A stretch of DNA of 64,000 nt. It comes from an uncultured Fluviicola sp. Its GTDB lineage: Bacteria > Bacteroidota > Bacteroidia > Flavobacteriales_D > Crocinitomicaceae. The number at the start of each line of letters is the position of its first letter. Positions within the stretch are counted from its first letter, which is position 1. A program made the translations under genes and the position numbers. Positions 18,920 to 33,143 of the stretch are shown here, piece after piece. The DNA is taken from NCBI GenBank assembly GCA_963976995.1, contig CAXBMR010000008.1, forward strand, positions 28,416-92,415, in the 5' to 3' direction. Below the pieces are notes generated by a model. The model saw only the letters and a list, made by a program, of their open reading frames with translations. It did not search any database and was not told where the DNA came from.

Positions 18920-18926
18920 ATTTTAA

Positions 18927-19655
18927 TTAGGACGCCTCTTCTGTCTTACTTGAATCTCCTATTAATTTCAATAAACCGTCAAATTCTTTTTGAGTAAAAG
19001 GTCTCATTTGTCCTTTACGAAGACGATTGAGTTCAACGTTCATAATCCGAATTCTCTTAAGTGTTCTAACTTCATAATCAAGGTGTTCACACATCCTTCG
19101 TATTTGTCTGTTGAGCCCTTGTGTCAGAATTATTTTAAAAGAATAGTCGTCTATTTTTTCAACACTACACTTTTTTGTTATCGTTTCTAAAATAGGAAGC
19201 CCATTTCTCATCTTTTCAAGAAACCAATGCGTTATTTTCTTGTTGACACCAACAATATATTCCTTCTCATGATTATTGCGAGAACGTAGTATTTTATTTA
19301 CGATGTCCCCGTCATTAGTGAGAAAAATTAAACCTTCGCTTGGTTTATCTAATCGACCAATCGGAAAAATTCTTTCTGGATGATTGATAAAACTAATGAT
19401 ATTTCCTTGTATCGATTCATCTGTTGTGCAGGTAATTCCAGTTGGTTTATTAAATAAAAAATAGAGGTTCTCAACTTCTTTTGTGACTATAATGTCGTTG
19501 ACTTTAATAATATCATTTGAGCTTACCTTAACTCCTAAACCAGCAACTTCATTATTCACCTTAACTCGACCTTCTTCGATAAGCTTGTCGGCTGCTCTTC
19601 GCGAACAGTAACCTGTTTCAGCAATGGCCTTATTTAAACGTTTCAATTCACTCAT
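18927..19655 (-). CDS. rluF: 23S rRNA pseudouridine synthase RluF
   Basis: Has an S4 domain (RLNKAIAETGYCSRRAAD), GRLDKPSEGLIFLTNDGD and LTQGLNRQIRRMCEH, close to E. coli RluF as I remember it. Confidence 0.88.
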   Translation of the reverse strand: MSELKRLNKAIAETGYCSRRAADKLIEEGRVKVNNEVAGLGVKVSSNDIIKVNDIIVTKEVENLYFLFNKPTGITCTTDESIQGNIISFINHPERIFPIGRLDKPSEGLIFLTNDGDIVNKILRSRNNHEKEYIVGVNKKITHWFLEKMRNGLPILETITKKCSVEKIDDYSFKIILTQGLNRQIRRMCEHLDYEVRTLKRIRIMNVELNRLRKGQMRPFTQKEFDGLLKLIGDSSKTEEAS

Positions 19656-19661
19656 CCTAAC

Positions 19662-20603
19662 TTACCACTTTAAAAAAGGATGCTCTTGCAGTAATCGTTC
19701 TTTATCTGCTATGGCTATATCTAATCTTTGTGAATTTACCTTAGAATTTGGATGTAAACTTTTATGCGATAATGTTGCCTTAATTTTTCTAATTATTTTA
19801 AGAAGCACCTTCGTTTCAAAAGACATCGAAGAAGCTGAAAATCTTTCCCAAATGTAATTTATTGCTTGAGAATTTGGATGAACCAGGTCTTCTGAATAAA
19901 AACGATAATCTCTCAATTCATCAATTACTATTTCATACGCTGGAAAATAACTGCAATTGCCATTTTTCTCAACTAAGGAATGCACTAGTTCAATTAATCG
20001 TGCCTTACTTCTATTATTCTCCACCAACCCATCTTTTGCATGTCGAACGGGACTTACAGAAAATAAAACTTGAAGATTGGGAAACTGAACCTCCATTTTT
20101 TTAAGCAATCTCTGCCAAGATTCCTCCATAGAAACGAAACTTGCCAACGTTTTGTCAAATTGACTCTTCTGCTCTTTGTGGCAATTACCTACGGTGATAT
20201 GCAATTCTTTGTGCGTGTATTTCCATGCTGTTCCGAAGGTAATAATCAACAATTTTGCGTCTGCTAAGTCCGTTTTTAATTTCTCTCTCAATTGACGTAC
20301 AGTAGAGGTCAATTCTTCTTCAGAACTTGCATAAATTTTACTTGATGCATCCCAACTAAAGAACAAATCATCTCTTTTCAATACTTCAACATCCTGTCTT
20401 CCATCAATGGAAGAATTCAGAACGTTTAGAAGCGCTTCTGGATGAAATAAGGTGCCAAAAGGGTTGCTATTCACGTCGAAACATGCTTTCGACATTTTTT
20501 TCGCTATTTCTTCAGAAAAGCAACTTCCAATGGAGACAATGGAATCATTGTGCGATAAATTTAGTCCGTTCAATTCAGGTTCAAATGTAAGTTTAAATTC
20601 CAT
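19662..20603 (-). CDS. GSCFA-domain protein
   Basis: Contains the IGSCFSEEI motif near the N-terminus, with length and layout typical of the GSCFA family. Confidence 0.65.
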   Translation of the reverse strand: MEFKLTFEPELNGLNLSHNDSIVSIGSCFSEEIAKKMSKACFDVNSNPFGTLFHPEALLNVLNSSIDGRQDVEVLKRDDLFFSWDASSKIYASSEEELTSTVRQLREKLKTDLADAKLLIITFGTAWKYTHKELHITVGNCHKEQKSQFDKTLASFVSMEESWQRLLKKMEVQFPNLQVLFSVSPVRHAKDGLVENNRSKARLIELVHSLVEKNGNCSYFPAYEIVIDELRDYRFYSEDLVHPNSQAINYIWERFSASSMSFETKVLLKIIRKIKATLSHKSLHPNSKVNSQRLDIAIADKERLLQEHPFLKW

Positions 20604-22252
20604 TATTGCATCAACGCTTTTGCATTCTCCAAGGCAGCTTGATTGATCTTGTCACCACTCATTAACCGAGCAGTTTCAGTTATTTTTTCTTGCTTATCTA
20701 ATTCTATGACTTTTGACATCGCTTTGCCGTCAATAATTTCTTTCACAACTTTTAGGTGTTGCTCGCCTTTTGCAGCAACTTGAGGAAGGTGAGTAATTGC
20801 AATGACTTGCATTCTATTCCCCATTTTTTTCAGAGTTTGTCCCATTTTTTGAGCAACATCACCAGACACTCCAGTATCAATTTCATCAAAAAGCATGGTT
20901 CTTAGCTTTACTTTAGAGGACATTAAACTTTGTAAGGCCAACATCACTCGAGAAAGCTCCCCTCCACTTGCCGCTTTGTGCACTTGAACAGGCTCCATTC
21001 CAGCATTTGGACTGAAAAGAATCTCTAGGTTTGTATTTCCAGTTGCTGACAGTTCTTCCGATTGGGAAAGAGAAAATAGCAACCTTGTATTTTCTAATTT
21101 CAACTCCGCTAGCTCTCTTGAAATATCATCTTCAATGACTGATAATGCTCCCATGCGCTTATTATGCAGATCGTTTGCCTTCTTCTTTGATTGAGTTTCT
21201 TGGTTTTCAACTGTAATTTTCAATTCCTCAATTTCGATTTTTAAATCTTCATAGTTTGCCGAAGAATTTTCTAGCTCATGCATTAAATTTACGAGTTCAA
21301 TTTGAGAATTAACACTGTGTTTTTGTAATATTCGATTGTACGCATCAATTTGCGCTATCATTTCATCCAGTTTTCTAGGGTCAAACTCTATTGCCTCAGC
21401 TTGTATTTCAGCATTCTCAACAATGTCGTTAATTTCGATGGAGATTGTATTGATTCTATCATTTATGTCTTTCAAATTTTCGTCAATCGAAACATTCTTG
21501 ATGAGAGATGTTTTGAGCTCATACAAACAATCAATAACGCCGTTATCCGTTTTTAAAATGCTAATAATTTTTTGATAAGCCTTTGAAATTTCGTCAGCAT
21601 TTTCTATTTTTTTTAATTCTGATAAGATTGCTTCGTAATCAATCTTATCTAGATTCAAAGACAGTAACTCTTGCAATTGAAATGAACTATAATCCTCTTG
21701 AGAAATGGAATTCTTCAATGTTTCCTCTTTTGAAATTAAAAGCCTCGTATTTTCTTTTAATTTCAAATATTCAGAAGTGTATTTCTTTGTTTCATTGGTT
21801 AAATCTGCTAATATATCCAATACGTTTAACTGAAATGACACATCTTTTAACTCCAAAGTGTTGTATTGAGAGTGAATATGAATCAATTGGCTAGAAAATT
21901 CTTTAAGAACGTTTAATTGAACAGGTGTATCATTGATAAAAGCCCTTGATCTACCTTGTTTATGAATCTCTCTACGAACAATCGCCGTGTCGAAATAGTC
22001 CAGTTCATTTTTAATAAAAAAATGCTCTAAACCAAACCCTTTTATACTGATTTCTCCTTCAACCGTTGATTTATCACTTTTATTTCCTATTACAGAAAAG
22101 TTTGCCCTTTCACCAAGAATGAGATTCAAAGCATTTAACAAAATTGATTTTCCAGAACCTGTTTCACCGGTGATAACAGAAAATCCTGAATCAAATTGAA
22201 TATTGGCCTTATCAATTAAAACAAAGTTTTCTATTATTAGCGAACTTATCAT
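20603..22252 (-). CDS. recN: DNA repair protein RecN
   Basis: Contains Walker A GETGSGKS, a long coiled coil, an ASGGELSR signature and FDEIDTGV. Confidence 0.95.
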   Translation of the reverse strand: MISSLIIENFVLIDKANIQFDSGFSVITGETGSGKSILLNALNLILGERANFSVIGNKSDKSTVEGEISIKGFGLEHFFIKNELDYFDTAIVRREIHKQGRSRAFINDTPVQLNVLKEFSSQLIHIHSQYNTLELKDVSFQLNVLDILADLTNETKKYTSEYLKLKENTRLLISKEETLKNSISQEDYSSFQLQELLSLNLDKIDYEAILSELKKIENADEISKAYQKIISILKTDNGVIDCLYELKTSLIKNVSIDENLKDINDRINTISIEINDIVENAEIQAEAIEFDPRKLDEMIAQIDAYNRILQKHSVNSQIELVNLMHELENSSANYEDLKIEIEELKITVENQETQSKKKANDLHNKRMGALSVIEDDISRELAELKLENTRLLFSLSQSEELSATGNTNLEILFSPNAGMEPVQVHKAASGGELSRVMLALQSLMSSKVKLRTMLFDEIDTGVSGDVAQKMGQTLKKMGNRMQVIAITHLPQVAAKGEQHLKVVKEIIDGKAMSKVIELDKQEKITETARLMSGDKINQAALENAKALMQ

Positions 22253-23157
22253 TGATTCAAAATCTCTTGATATTTTGATGAGTTTGCAGGATCTATACGT
22301 TTGAGAAGATTCACAATATCATTTTTTTCTCTTGCTTCAGAATCAGCAAAAAGATTTTTAATCTCGTTTGTTTTAGCTTGAACAAAGTTCAATAAATTTA
22401 CGGAGCCAGGTCTAGTTGAAGTTATTTTTATCAATTTACTCAATGCATTAAAAATTTCTTTTTTACCTTCAGCCTTGCTTTCGTAGAGTGCATCAATCCC
22501 CTTTCTGTGGTAGATATAGTTACATTCTCTAAGAGGAGAAAATAACTCATGTAAAATATTATCAACTAGCCAAAATCTATTTTTTCTACCTCTTTCATTT
22601 GATTTCCATCCTGGTGCTCCAGATGACTGTGCATCTGAAGCAACTTGTTGTGCCATAGAAAAGTACTTTGTTCCTCCTTTATTGGAAAACGAATCATAGT
22701 CCATCCCCAAAATAAAATAAGCATAGAATGCCAACATTGAGGTTAAATTGTCTGAATACTGATTGGGTCTGTATATTAATATAGCATTTCTTGAGTAGGA
22801 GAATACCACATCATCATCTTGGAAGTTAAAAAGCGTTGTGTTATAGCTTGAATTCAACGCTGGTCTTGAAGATTGAACTTGCATTGATCCTGAAAATGAT
22901 CCTGAAGAAGGAACTTTGTTAATTTGAAACTGAATGGTGCAATTGATTCTTTCTTCGACTTTAAATTTATCTTTGGTCCATTGCGTGTTATTCATCAGTT
23001 CATAAATGGTGTTTTGCATCTGATCCAAAACCTCCTTCTCAACACTTGTTAATTCTAAACGAGCATCAACAATAACACTTACTTGACAATTTAACTCTTG
23101 TGATTTTACAACCATCATAAAGTTAAAGACAAATAACAAACTCACTATAAATTTCAT
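22249..23157 (-). CDS. DUF4835-family protein (conserved Bacteroidota gene between coaBC and recN)
   Basis: Has a signal peptide, ELNCQVSV..., and the conserved synteny coaBC-DUF4835-recN. The family call is from memory. Confidence 0.55.
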   Translation of the reverse strand: MKFIVSLLFVFNFMMVVKSQELNCQVSVIVDARLELTSVEKEVLDQMQNTIYELMNNTQWTKDKFKVEERINCTIQFQINKVPSSGSFSGSMQVQSSRPALNSSYNTTLFNFQDDDVVFSYSRNAILIYRPNQYSDNLTSMLAFYAYFILGMDYDSFSNKGGTKYFSMAQQVASDAQSSGAPGWKSNERGRKNRFWLVDNILHELFSPLRECNYIYHRKGIDALYESKAEGKKEIFNALSKLIKITSTRPGSVNLLNFVQAKTNEIKNLFADSEAREKNDIVNLLKRIDPANSSKYQEILNQ

Positions 23158-24353
23158 TCAATATAAGTTTTCAAATAATTTAAAATATCTTTTGCAACCG
23201 CTTCTTTAGACTTTAACTCAAAATATTCAAAATTATTGCGGTTATCTAAAATACTAATTTTATTTGTGTCAACACCAAAACCTGCACCACTATCTTTCAA
23301 CGAGTTCATAACAATGAAATTCAAATTTTTGGCATCCAACTTTTTCGTGGCATTCTCTTTCAGGTTTTCAGTTTCCAAAGCGAAGCCAATTAAGTATTGT
23401 GTTTCTTTTTTATTTGCTCCTGCCCATTTCAGAATATCAGGATTTTTAACTAATTCAATTGTCAATTCATCCGACTTTTTCTTAATTTTCTCAGTAGCCA
23501 TATTTTTAGGTCTATAATCAGCTACAGCAGCCGCAAAGACGCCATAATCACAAGATTCCCAAATATTTTGCACTTGTTTGAGCATTTCTTCTGCAGATTT
23601 GATTTGAATTACTTTCAAGTTATCATTCTCTAGCTTCAAACCAGTTGGACCTGCTATAATAGTTACTTCAGCACCCCTATCTAGAAATTCTTGTGCAATC
23701 TTGAATCCCATTTTCCCGCTAGAATGATTGCCTATAAATCTGACTGGATCAATCGCCTCGTATGTTGGTCCAGCAGTAATCACGACTTTCTTCCCTAGAA
23801 AATCATTATTGGATTGACCAACATTGTTCTCTATGACTGAAAAAATTGTTTCTGCCTCTGCCATTCTGCCTTCTCCGTTCAATCCGCTTGCTAATTCTCC
23901 ACTCTCAACAGGAATAATTCCAACTCCGTCTTCTTTAATCTGCATCAAATTCCTTTTATTGGAAGGATGTATATACATGTCCAAATCCATTGCAGGAGCT
24001 ACAATTGTCTTTGTTTTCATGGAGAGATAAGTGGCTAATAAAAGGTTATCACAACTACCTTGCACCATTTTACTTAATGTATTTGCAGTGAGAGGTGCAA
24101 TGACAAATAAATCTGCCCAAAGCCCGTACTCAACATGGTTGTTCCATGTTCCATCATTCTTGTTCCAAAACTCTATTCCAACAGGATGGCCGGAGAGAGT
24201 TGAGACAACAAGTGGGCTAATAAAATTAGTTGATGCCGGAGTCATAATGCATTTTACATCTGCTCCACTTTTCTTCAATAGACGAATGAGAAATGCGATT
24301 TTATAGGCCGCTATTCCCCCAGTTATTCCAAGAAGAATGCGCTTTCCTCGCAT
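23154..24353 (-). CDS. coaBC: Bifunctional phosphopantothenoylcysteine decarboxylase / phosphopantothenate-cysteine ligase
   Basis: Shows an N-terminal flavoprotein domain (ILLGITGGIAAYK) and a C-terminal DFP ligase domain (ITAGPT.E.IDPVR.I.N.SSGKMG). Confidence 0.95.
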   Translation of the reverse strand: MRGKRILLGITGGIAAYKIAFLIRLLKKSGADVKCIMTPASTNFISPLVVSTLSGHPVGIEFWNKNDGTWNNHVEYGLWADLFVIAPLTANTLSKMVQGSCDNLLLATYLSMKTKTIVAPAMDLDMYIHPSNKRNLMQIKEDGVGIIPVESGELASGLNGEGRMAEAETIFSVIENNVGQSNNDFLGKKVVITAGPTYEAIDPVRFIGNHSSGKMGFKIAQEFLDRGAEVTIIAGPTGLKLENDNLKVIQIKSAEEMLKQVQNIWESCDYGVFAAAVADYRPKNMATEKIKKKSDELTIELVKNPDILKWAGANKKETQYLIGFALETENLKENATKKLDAKNLNFIVMNSLKDSGAGFGVDTNKISILDNRNNFEYFELKSKEAVAKDILNYLKTYIE

Positions 24354-24386
24354 AATATATTTCGTTAAAGGGTTTTGATATAATGA

Positions 24387-24716
24387 CTATGCTTCTGAAG
24401 AATCTTCAGGCATTCTTGCATAGATATTATCGTTCAATAGTTCCTGAATAGCTATAGATACAGGTTTTGGTAATCTTTCATAAAAACGAGATATTTCAAT
24501 TTGCTCTCTGTTTTCAAAAATTTCTTCCAGATTATCAGTCGAAGATGCGAATTCAGCTAGTTTAGCTGTCAACTCCTCTTTCAATTCAACACTAAGTTGA
24601 TTTGATCTTTTAGACATCATTACAATGGACTCATAAATATTGGAAGTATTTGCTTCCATTTCATCTGTATCTCTCGTAATTGTAGTTTTTTCGGCTGTAC
24701 TGTTCTTAAAATCCAT
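24387..24716 (-). CDS. rpoZ: DNA-directed RNA polymerase subunit omega (Bacteroidota type)
   Basis: It is about 109 aa, contains IYESIVMMSKRSNQL, and sits in the conserved position between bamD and coaBC. Confidence 0.6.
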   Translation of the reverse strand: MDFKNSTAEKTTITRDTDEMEANTSNIYESIVMMSKRSNQLSVELKEELTAKLAEFASSTDNLEEIFENREQIEISRFYERLPKPVSIAIQELLNDNIYARMPEDSSEA

Positions 24717-24718
24717 AT

Positions 24719-25531
24719 CTATTTTTTATTTTCTTCAATAAAAATTTCCTTATCTTTCACTGTTTGCTCAAAATACCTCTTGGCTAAATTTCGATATTTA
24801 GAATCAGGAAATTCAATTACAAAAGTACGATATCTTTCAATAGTATCATCAATTCTTTCCATTTTTTTACTACTCACACTATTTTTTGACAAGTGATAAG
24901 AATTTTCAACTAAAATGAAGAAAACTTCTTCTCTGAACTTTGTTCTAGTGAAATCATCCATGAATGTTATTGAAGAGCTAACTGCAGCACGGTAATTTTC
25001 TGTTTTCGCATACAACTTTACTGCATCATACTCTTTTTGTTCTAACTTAAAGCGCAATCGATCAATGATTTGGTTGCTCGAATCGACCAACGCAGAGTTC
25101 GGAAAACGATCTACAAATTGCTGTAAATCTCCAATTGCCAATTCAGTAGCATCTTGATCTAGAGAGGAAGTTGGCGATTCTGCCACTCCACATAATGCAC
25201 TTAAAAATAATGCCTCTTCAGCTTTTGGGCTTGTCGGAAAACGTTTTGCAAACATTCCTAAATAATAACCTGCCATGTATGTATCACCTCCCACGTAGTA
25301 ACCTTTTCCAATTCTAAAATAAGACACTTCACCTTCAGGTGACTTAGGCATTCTTTGATACACTTGCTCATACAGAGCAACAGCTTTAACTTCGTCATCG
25401 TTATCGTATAGCTCATTTGCAAGGTCGAATTTCGCCCCATAGTCATCTGCCTTAAGCACACGATTATAGCTAGAGCAACTTGACACTAACAGTACAACTA
25501 GTAGAGTAAAAGCAATTGAATATTTTTTCAT
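24719..25531 (-). CDS. bamD: Outer membrane protein assembly factor BamD (TPR lipoprotein)
   Basis: Has a lipobox (LVSSC), TPR-like repeats, and synteny with rpoZ. Confidence 0.75.
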   Translation of the reverse strand: MKKYSIAFTLLVVLLVSSCSSYNRVLKADDYGAKFDLANELYDNDDEVKAVALYEQVYQRMPKSPEGEVSYFRIGKGYYVGGDTYMAGYYLGMFAKRFPTSPKAEEALFLSALCGVAESPTSSLDQDATELAIGDLQQFVDRFPNSALVDSSNQIIDRLRFKLEQKEYDAVKLYAKTENYRAAVSSSITFMDDFTRTKFREEVFFILVENSYHLSKNSVSSKKMERIDDTIERYRTFVIEFPDSKYRNLAKRYFEQTVKDKEIFIEENKK

Positions 25532-25567
25532 TCTTGCAAAAGTAAAAGAATAAAGTGTAATTGAATG

Positions 25568-26479
25568 TTAACGAACCCTAATATTACGACCAATTTGCAA
25601 GATTGTTGTGGGACGAATCCCATTTAACTGACAAATTCGAGAAACAGACGTTTTATTTCTACTTGCGATTCCACCTAAAGTATCTCCGGATCGGACCTTA
25701 TGGTATTTTTTATTCCCAGAGTAAGTTACCGCAGATGAAGATGATCCCGCTCGAAAGACACCTCGGTGAACTAGTAGGTTTTCGTCTTTAATTTTTTTCG
25801 TTTTAAAATCAATGATTCTTTCAGCGTTCATAGGAATATCATAAAACCGAACTTCAAAATGCAGATGAGAACCACTAGAGTGTCCTGTGTTACCTCCTAA
25901 ACCAATTGGATCTCCTGCTTCCACAGTTTGATTTGGAACGACAAGATGTTTGTCTAAATGAGCATAAAATGTCTCTAAGCCATTATGATGACGAATGACA
26001 ACCAAATTACCAAAACCACTTGTGTTGTACTTGGCGTATCTAATTTTGCCTGACCAAGCTGCCCGAACGGTGTCACCTGTAACTAAATCGATGTCGGTTC
26101 CGTTGTGATTTCTTCCTCGTCTCCATCCAAATCTAGAAGTTATTCGACCATCAAAAGGCATGACAAATTTTGAACTAGTACTATCTTCCAAACACAGCCA
26201 AATGGTATCTTTTAGCTTGTTTACATCATTTTTTAATTGTGAAGTGTAGCACAAATCATTGTCCCATGATTGAAAATAATTCAACGTTGAGTCTCCAATA
26301 ACTTCAGAGTGCAGTTCCTCGTTCATTACTCCATCGAAGTTCAAATCTTCTTCAAAAATCCATGTTCTGTTAGAGTAGATTAACATGGTACCCTTTTCAG
26401 TTATTAAGGTATCAATTATTTTCTGTCCAAAAGAATTAAACGAGAAAATTACTGTAAAAATTAGGAGGAGAATTCGCAT
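25568..26479 (-). CDS. M23-family peptidoglycan metalloendopeptidase with C-terminal LysM domain
   Basis: Contains HNGTDID and GHSSGSHLHFEV (M23), plus a C-terminal YHKVRSGDTLGGIA...NGI LysM. The start was moved to MRILLLIF (signal peptide). Confidence 0.85.
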   Translation of the reverse strand: MRILLLIFTVIFSFNSFGQKIIDTLITEKGTMLIYSNRTWIFEEDLNFDGVMNEELHSEVIGDSTLNYFQSWDNDLCYTSQLKNDVNKLKDTIWLCLEDSTSSKFVMPFDGRITSRFGWRRGRNHNGTDIDLVTGDTVRAAWSGKIRYAKYNTSGFGNLVVIRHHNGLETFYAHLDKHLVVPNQTVEAGDPIGLGGNTGHSSGSHLHFEVRFYDIPMNAERIIDFKTKKIKDENLLVHRGVFRAGSSSSAVTYSGNKKYHKVRSGDTLGGIASRNKTSVSRICQLNGIRPTTILQIGRNIRVR

Positions 26480-26527
26480 TGTTTTAAATCTAGTTTGTTG
26501 TGTTTTCAAAAGTACTAATTTCATTAC

Positions 26528-27379
26528 TTATATTTCAGTTACACCCATTACCAAAATGTTATAAAACAGATCTTCGTTTTCTTTTACAAGTCCCTGATAA
26601 CCTTTACTACCATAAGCTTCAGAAGGAGGAATGAGAACAAACATTCTATCCGCTTTTTTAGCATTAATTAACGCTTTTTTTAATCCTGGCACCGTTCCAC
26701 TATCGTTTAAGCGTAATTTAAATGGTGCTCCGTTATCATAAGTATTCACATAAAGTGGATTACTGGGCGTTGAAACCATGCAATGAAATTCTATTTCAGT
26801 GTTTTCTCCAAATTTCAATTTATTGCTTTTATTTTCTTCAAAAACCCATACTTTATTTCCGTCCACCTCACGAGTTGGTTTCATTTTTTCTATAATTCTA
26901 ATTTTCAAAATATTATCGGCATTCGGAGGAATCAAACCTTTAATTCCCTTCTCTCCACGAGCTAATTCACTGGGGATAAATATTTCCGCATAATCCCCTA
27001 CTTTCAATTTCTGCAAAGCAATATCCCAACCTTTTGCTTGCATCTGAAAACCGACCATGAAAGGAATACTTTTCTTATTTATCAGGTGATTACCATCAAC
27101 CACGGTGTTGTCATCTAAAAACACTTTGTAATCCACTTGAATCATATCTCCTTTCGTTAAAACATCTCCTTTCCCATGCTCAATCCACTTAATTATTATT
27201 CCATTATCCAGTTTCTCTTCATCAATTGCGATGGATGGTTGATCGAGAATGTTTTCTTCATCAATACGAACAACTTTTTTCTCTTTTGTTTCTTTGTTAT
27301 CTATTTTTTTCACACCTGTAGTATCGCAACTTGCAAGAGAGATAAAAAGGGCAACGGTTATCGTGAACTTCATCATCAT
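26528..27379 (-). CDS. FKBP-type peptidyl-prolyl isomerase lipoprotein (two FKBP-like domains)
   Basis: Has the lipobox LASC and FKBP motifs (V.V.Y.g.l.dg..fD, GWD.AL..LKVGD, IPPNA.L). Confidence 0.75.
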   Translation of the reverse strand: MMMKFTITVALFISLASCDTTGVKKIDNKETKEKKVVRIDEENILDQPSIAIDEEKLDNGIIIKWIEHGKGDVLTKGDMIQVDYKVFLDDNTVVDGNHLINKKSIPFMVGFQMQAKGWDIALQKLKVGDYAEIFIPSELARGEKGIKGLIPPNADNILKIRIIEKMKPTREVDGNKVWVFEENKSNKLKFGENTEIEFHCMVSTPSNPLYVNTYDNGAPFKLRLNDSGTVPGLKKALINAKKADRMFVLIPPSEAYGSKGYQGLVKENEDLFYNILVMGVTEI

Positions 27380-27901
27380 TTAATTAATTCCTGTTAGGTA
27401 AATATCGATTATCAACGTTGTTAAAGGTGGTATCTTATTCATGTCGCCCATCAATCCATGTCCAAGATGACTTGGAATAATCAGCTTAGCTTTATCTCCA
27501 ATAGTTAGTAATTTGATAGCCTCTTGGACTCCAGATTCAATATCGCTATTATCAACAACAAATTCTTCGTATTCATTATCTTCTGTTTGGTCAACGAGTG
27601 TTCCATCGAGTAGTGTGATTTTATATTCAATATCTGCCACATTTCCTTTTCTTGGAGAATATGTATTATCAGCAGAGCCTTCTTCATAGATGTAGTACTG
27701 AAGACCAGAACCAGTTTTAATCATTTGCCAATCTTTGTGTCTTTCTAAAAATAGCTTGATATCAATCTCTTCTTGAATAGCTAAATTTTTATTCAAATTT
27801 GTGGAATTATCCTTTGTCCAGTTTACATCGGGATTAGTCGGTTCAACCTCTTCAGAACAAGCGACAAAAAGAATTAATATTGAAATTATAAACACTCTCA
27901 T
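27380..27901 (-). CDS. FKBP-type peptidyl-prolyl isomerase lipoprotein
   Basis: Has the lipobox VACS, and GVQEAIKLLTIGDKAKLIIPSHLGHG...IPPLTTLIIDIYL. Confidence 0.75.
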   Translation of the reverse strand: MRVFIISILILFVACSEEVEPTNPDVNWTKDNSTNLNKNLAIQEEIDIKLFLERHKDWQMIKTGSGLQYYIYEEGSADNTYSPRKGNVADIEYKITLLDGTLVDQTEDNEYEEFVVDNSDIESGVQEAIKLLTIGDKAKLIIPSHLGHGLMGDMNKIPPLTTLIIDIYLTGIN

Positions 27902-28896
27902 TTAAAATATTTTGGGGCTACTTCTTTAAATTTTGCAATGGTTTCATCTAGACCAACGAAAGATGCACCACCCGATGCGTTTTTATGCCCACCACCTTGG
28001 AAGTGATCTCCAGCGAGTCCATTAACAGCCACATCTCCTTTGGAACGAAAAGAAATTTTTATCATATCTCCAGACTCTCTAAAGAAAACAGCCACTTTTA
28101 CGCCTTCCATAGAAAGTGCGACATTGACCAATCCTTCTGTGTCTCCTTTAATATGATTGAAACGCTCTAACTCTTCTTCTGTTACAGAGATAATTGCTAC
28201 ATGTAACTCTTCTAGAAATTCTAATCTTTCTGCGATTATGTGTGCACGTAACTTGAGCTTATCGATTCTATTGTTGTCAAAAGTTGCTTCATGAATTTCA
28301 GAATGCATAACTCCATGAGAAAGTAAAGACGCTAAAATCTCATGTGTTCGAGAGGTCAATGAAGAATATCTAAAAGAGCCTGTATCGGTCATAATTCCAA
28401 GATAAAGAGGTGTTCCGATTGCTTGATTCAAAAGGTTCAAATTTCCCGATGACTCAATCAATTCATAAACAAGCTGCGAGGTAGAACATACATTTGACTC
28501 TGAAATAGCGATATCTACAAAATCATCCGGATCTAAGTGATGATCTATCATTACCTTTGTCCCTGTAGCTTGTTCTAAATATGGTGCCATCTCTTTTCCT
28601 AATCGATTTGCGCCATTGTAATCAAGGCAGAATATTAAATCTGCATTTTTTAAATCATCTTTAACTTCTTGCTCGTTATCCTCGAAAGTGGCAATTCTTA
28701 CAACTCCTTTTGCCCATTCAATAAACTCAGGACATTTGTCGGGGTGGCAAATTTTTGATTCTTTACCTAAGGCTTTTATAAAGTGGTACATACCCATTGA
28801 ACTACCTATAGAATCTCCATCAGGAGATCGATGACTAGTAATTACAATGTTTTCTGCATTTGTAATCGCACTTATTATTTCTCGGGCGCTATTCAT
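27898..28896 (-). CDS. nrnA: DHH-family phosphoesterase (NrnA-like oligoribonuclease/pAp phosphatase)
   Basis: Contains the HRSPDGDSIGS, DHH and GGGHKNASG motifs. Confidence 0.8.
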   Translation of the reverse strand: MNSAREIISAITNAENIVITSHRSPDGDSIGSSMGMYHFIKALGKESKICHPDKCPEFIEWAKGVVRIATFEDNEQEVKDDLKNADLIFCLDYNGANRLGKEMAPYLEQATGTKVMIDHHLDPDDFVDIAISESNVCSTSQLVYELIESSGNLNLLNQAIGTPLYLGIMTDTGSFRYSSLTSRTHEILASLLSHGVMHSEIHEATFDNNRIDKLKLRAHIIAERLEFLEELHVAIISVTEEELERFNHIKGDTEGLVNVALSMEGVKVAVFFRESGDMIKISFRSKGDVAVNGLAGDHFQGGGHKNASGGASFVGLDETIAKFKEVAPKYFK

Positions 28897-28903
28897 TTAA
28901 TTT

Positions 28904-29793
28904 TCATATTGATTTTAAAGACAATAGACTCATTGTCTCTTGTTCAATTCTAGTTTTTAGTTCATCAGAAACAGGAAAAAGAGGCCTTCTCATCGTTGCA
29001 TTCATCAGTCCAATTTTCGCTAGGGCAACCTTTGCTCCACCCGGGTTCCCTTCTTCAAATAGCATTTGAGTGATCGAATTGAGTTTGTAATGACCTTCTT
29101 TTGCCAAATCAAAATCCCCATTGGATGCGTCATTCACCATATCAGAAAAAATCTGTGGAAACACATTGGCACTAACAGAAATTACTCCCTCCACTCCAAC
29201 TGACATCAATGGAACTACAATTGCGTCGTCTCCAGAAAGAACTGAAAAACCAATTGGTTTATGCTGCACAATCTCCATTATTTGCCCTAAATCGCCCGAT
29301 GCTTCTTTCATAGCCACTATATTGTCGATTTTTGCCAATTCTAAAGTAGTTTCTGCGGAAACATTTGAACCTGTTCTACCCGGAACATTATAGAGAATAA
29401 TGGGTAAATCAGTACAGCCGGCAATGTATTTATAATGCTCATATATACCTCTTTGCGTGGGCTTGTTATAATAAGGAGATACTGATAGAATTCCGTCAAT
29501 TCCTTTGGGTAGTTTCTTTAGCAATTCTCCAACTGTAACTGTATCATTCCCACCAACTCCATATACAATAGGAAGAGTATTATTGTTCTCTTCTTGCACT
29601 GCTTGGAGAACTTGCATTTTTTCTTCTTGAGAAAGAACGGGTGATTCTCCTGTCGTTCCTTGCACCACTAAAAAATCCATACCATTGTCTATTTGATAAC
29701 GGACTAGTTTTTTTAATGCGACAAAATCGATGCTATAATTTTCGTTAAACGGAGTAACTAAAGCAACTCCCGCCCCTTTAAATGTGTTTTTCA

Positions 29794-29794
<1 letters not shown>
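28904..29794 (-). CDS. dapA: 4-hydroxy-tetrahydrodipicolinate synthase
   Basis: GTTGES, YNVP.RTG and the overall DapA pattern are present. Confidence 0.95.
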
Positions 29795-33140
<3,346 letters not shown>

Positions 33141-33143
33141 CGA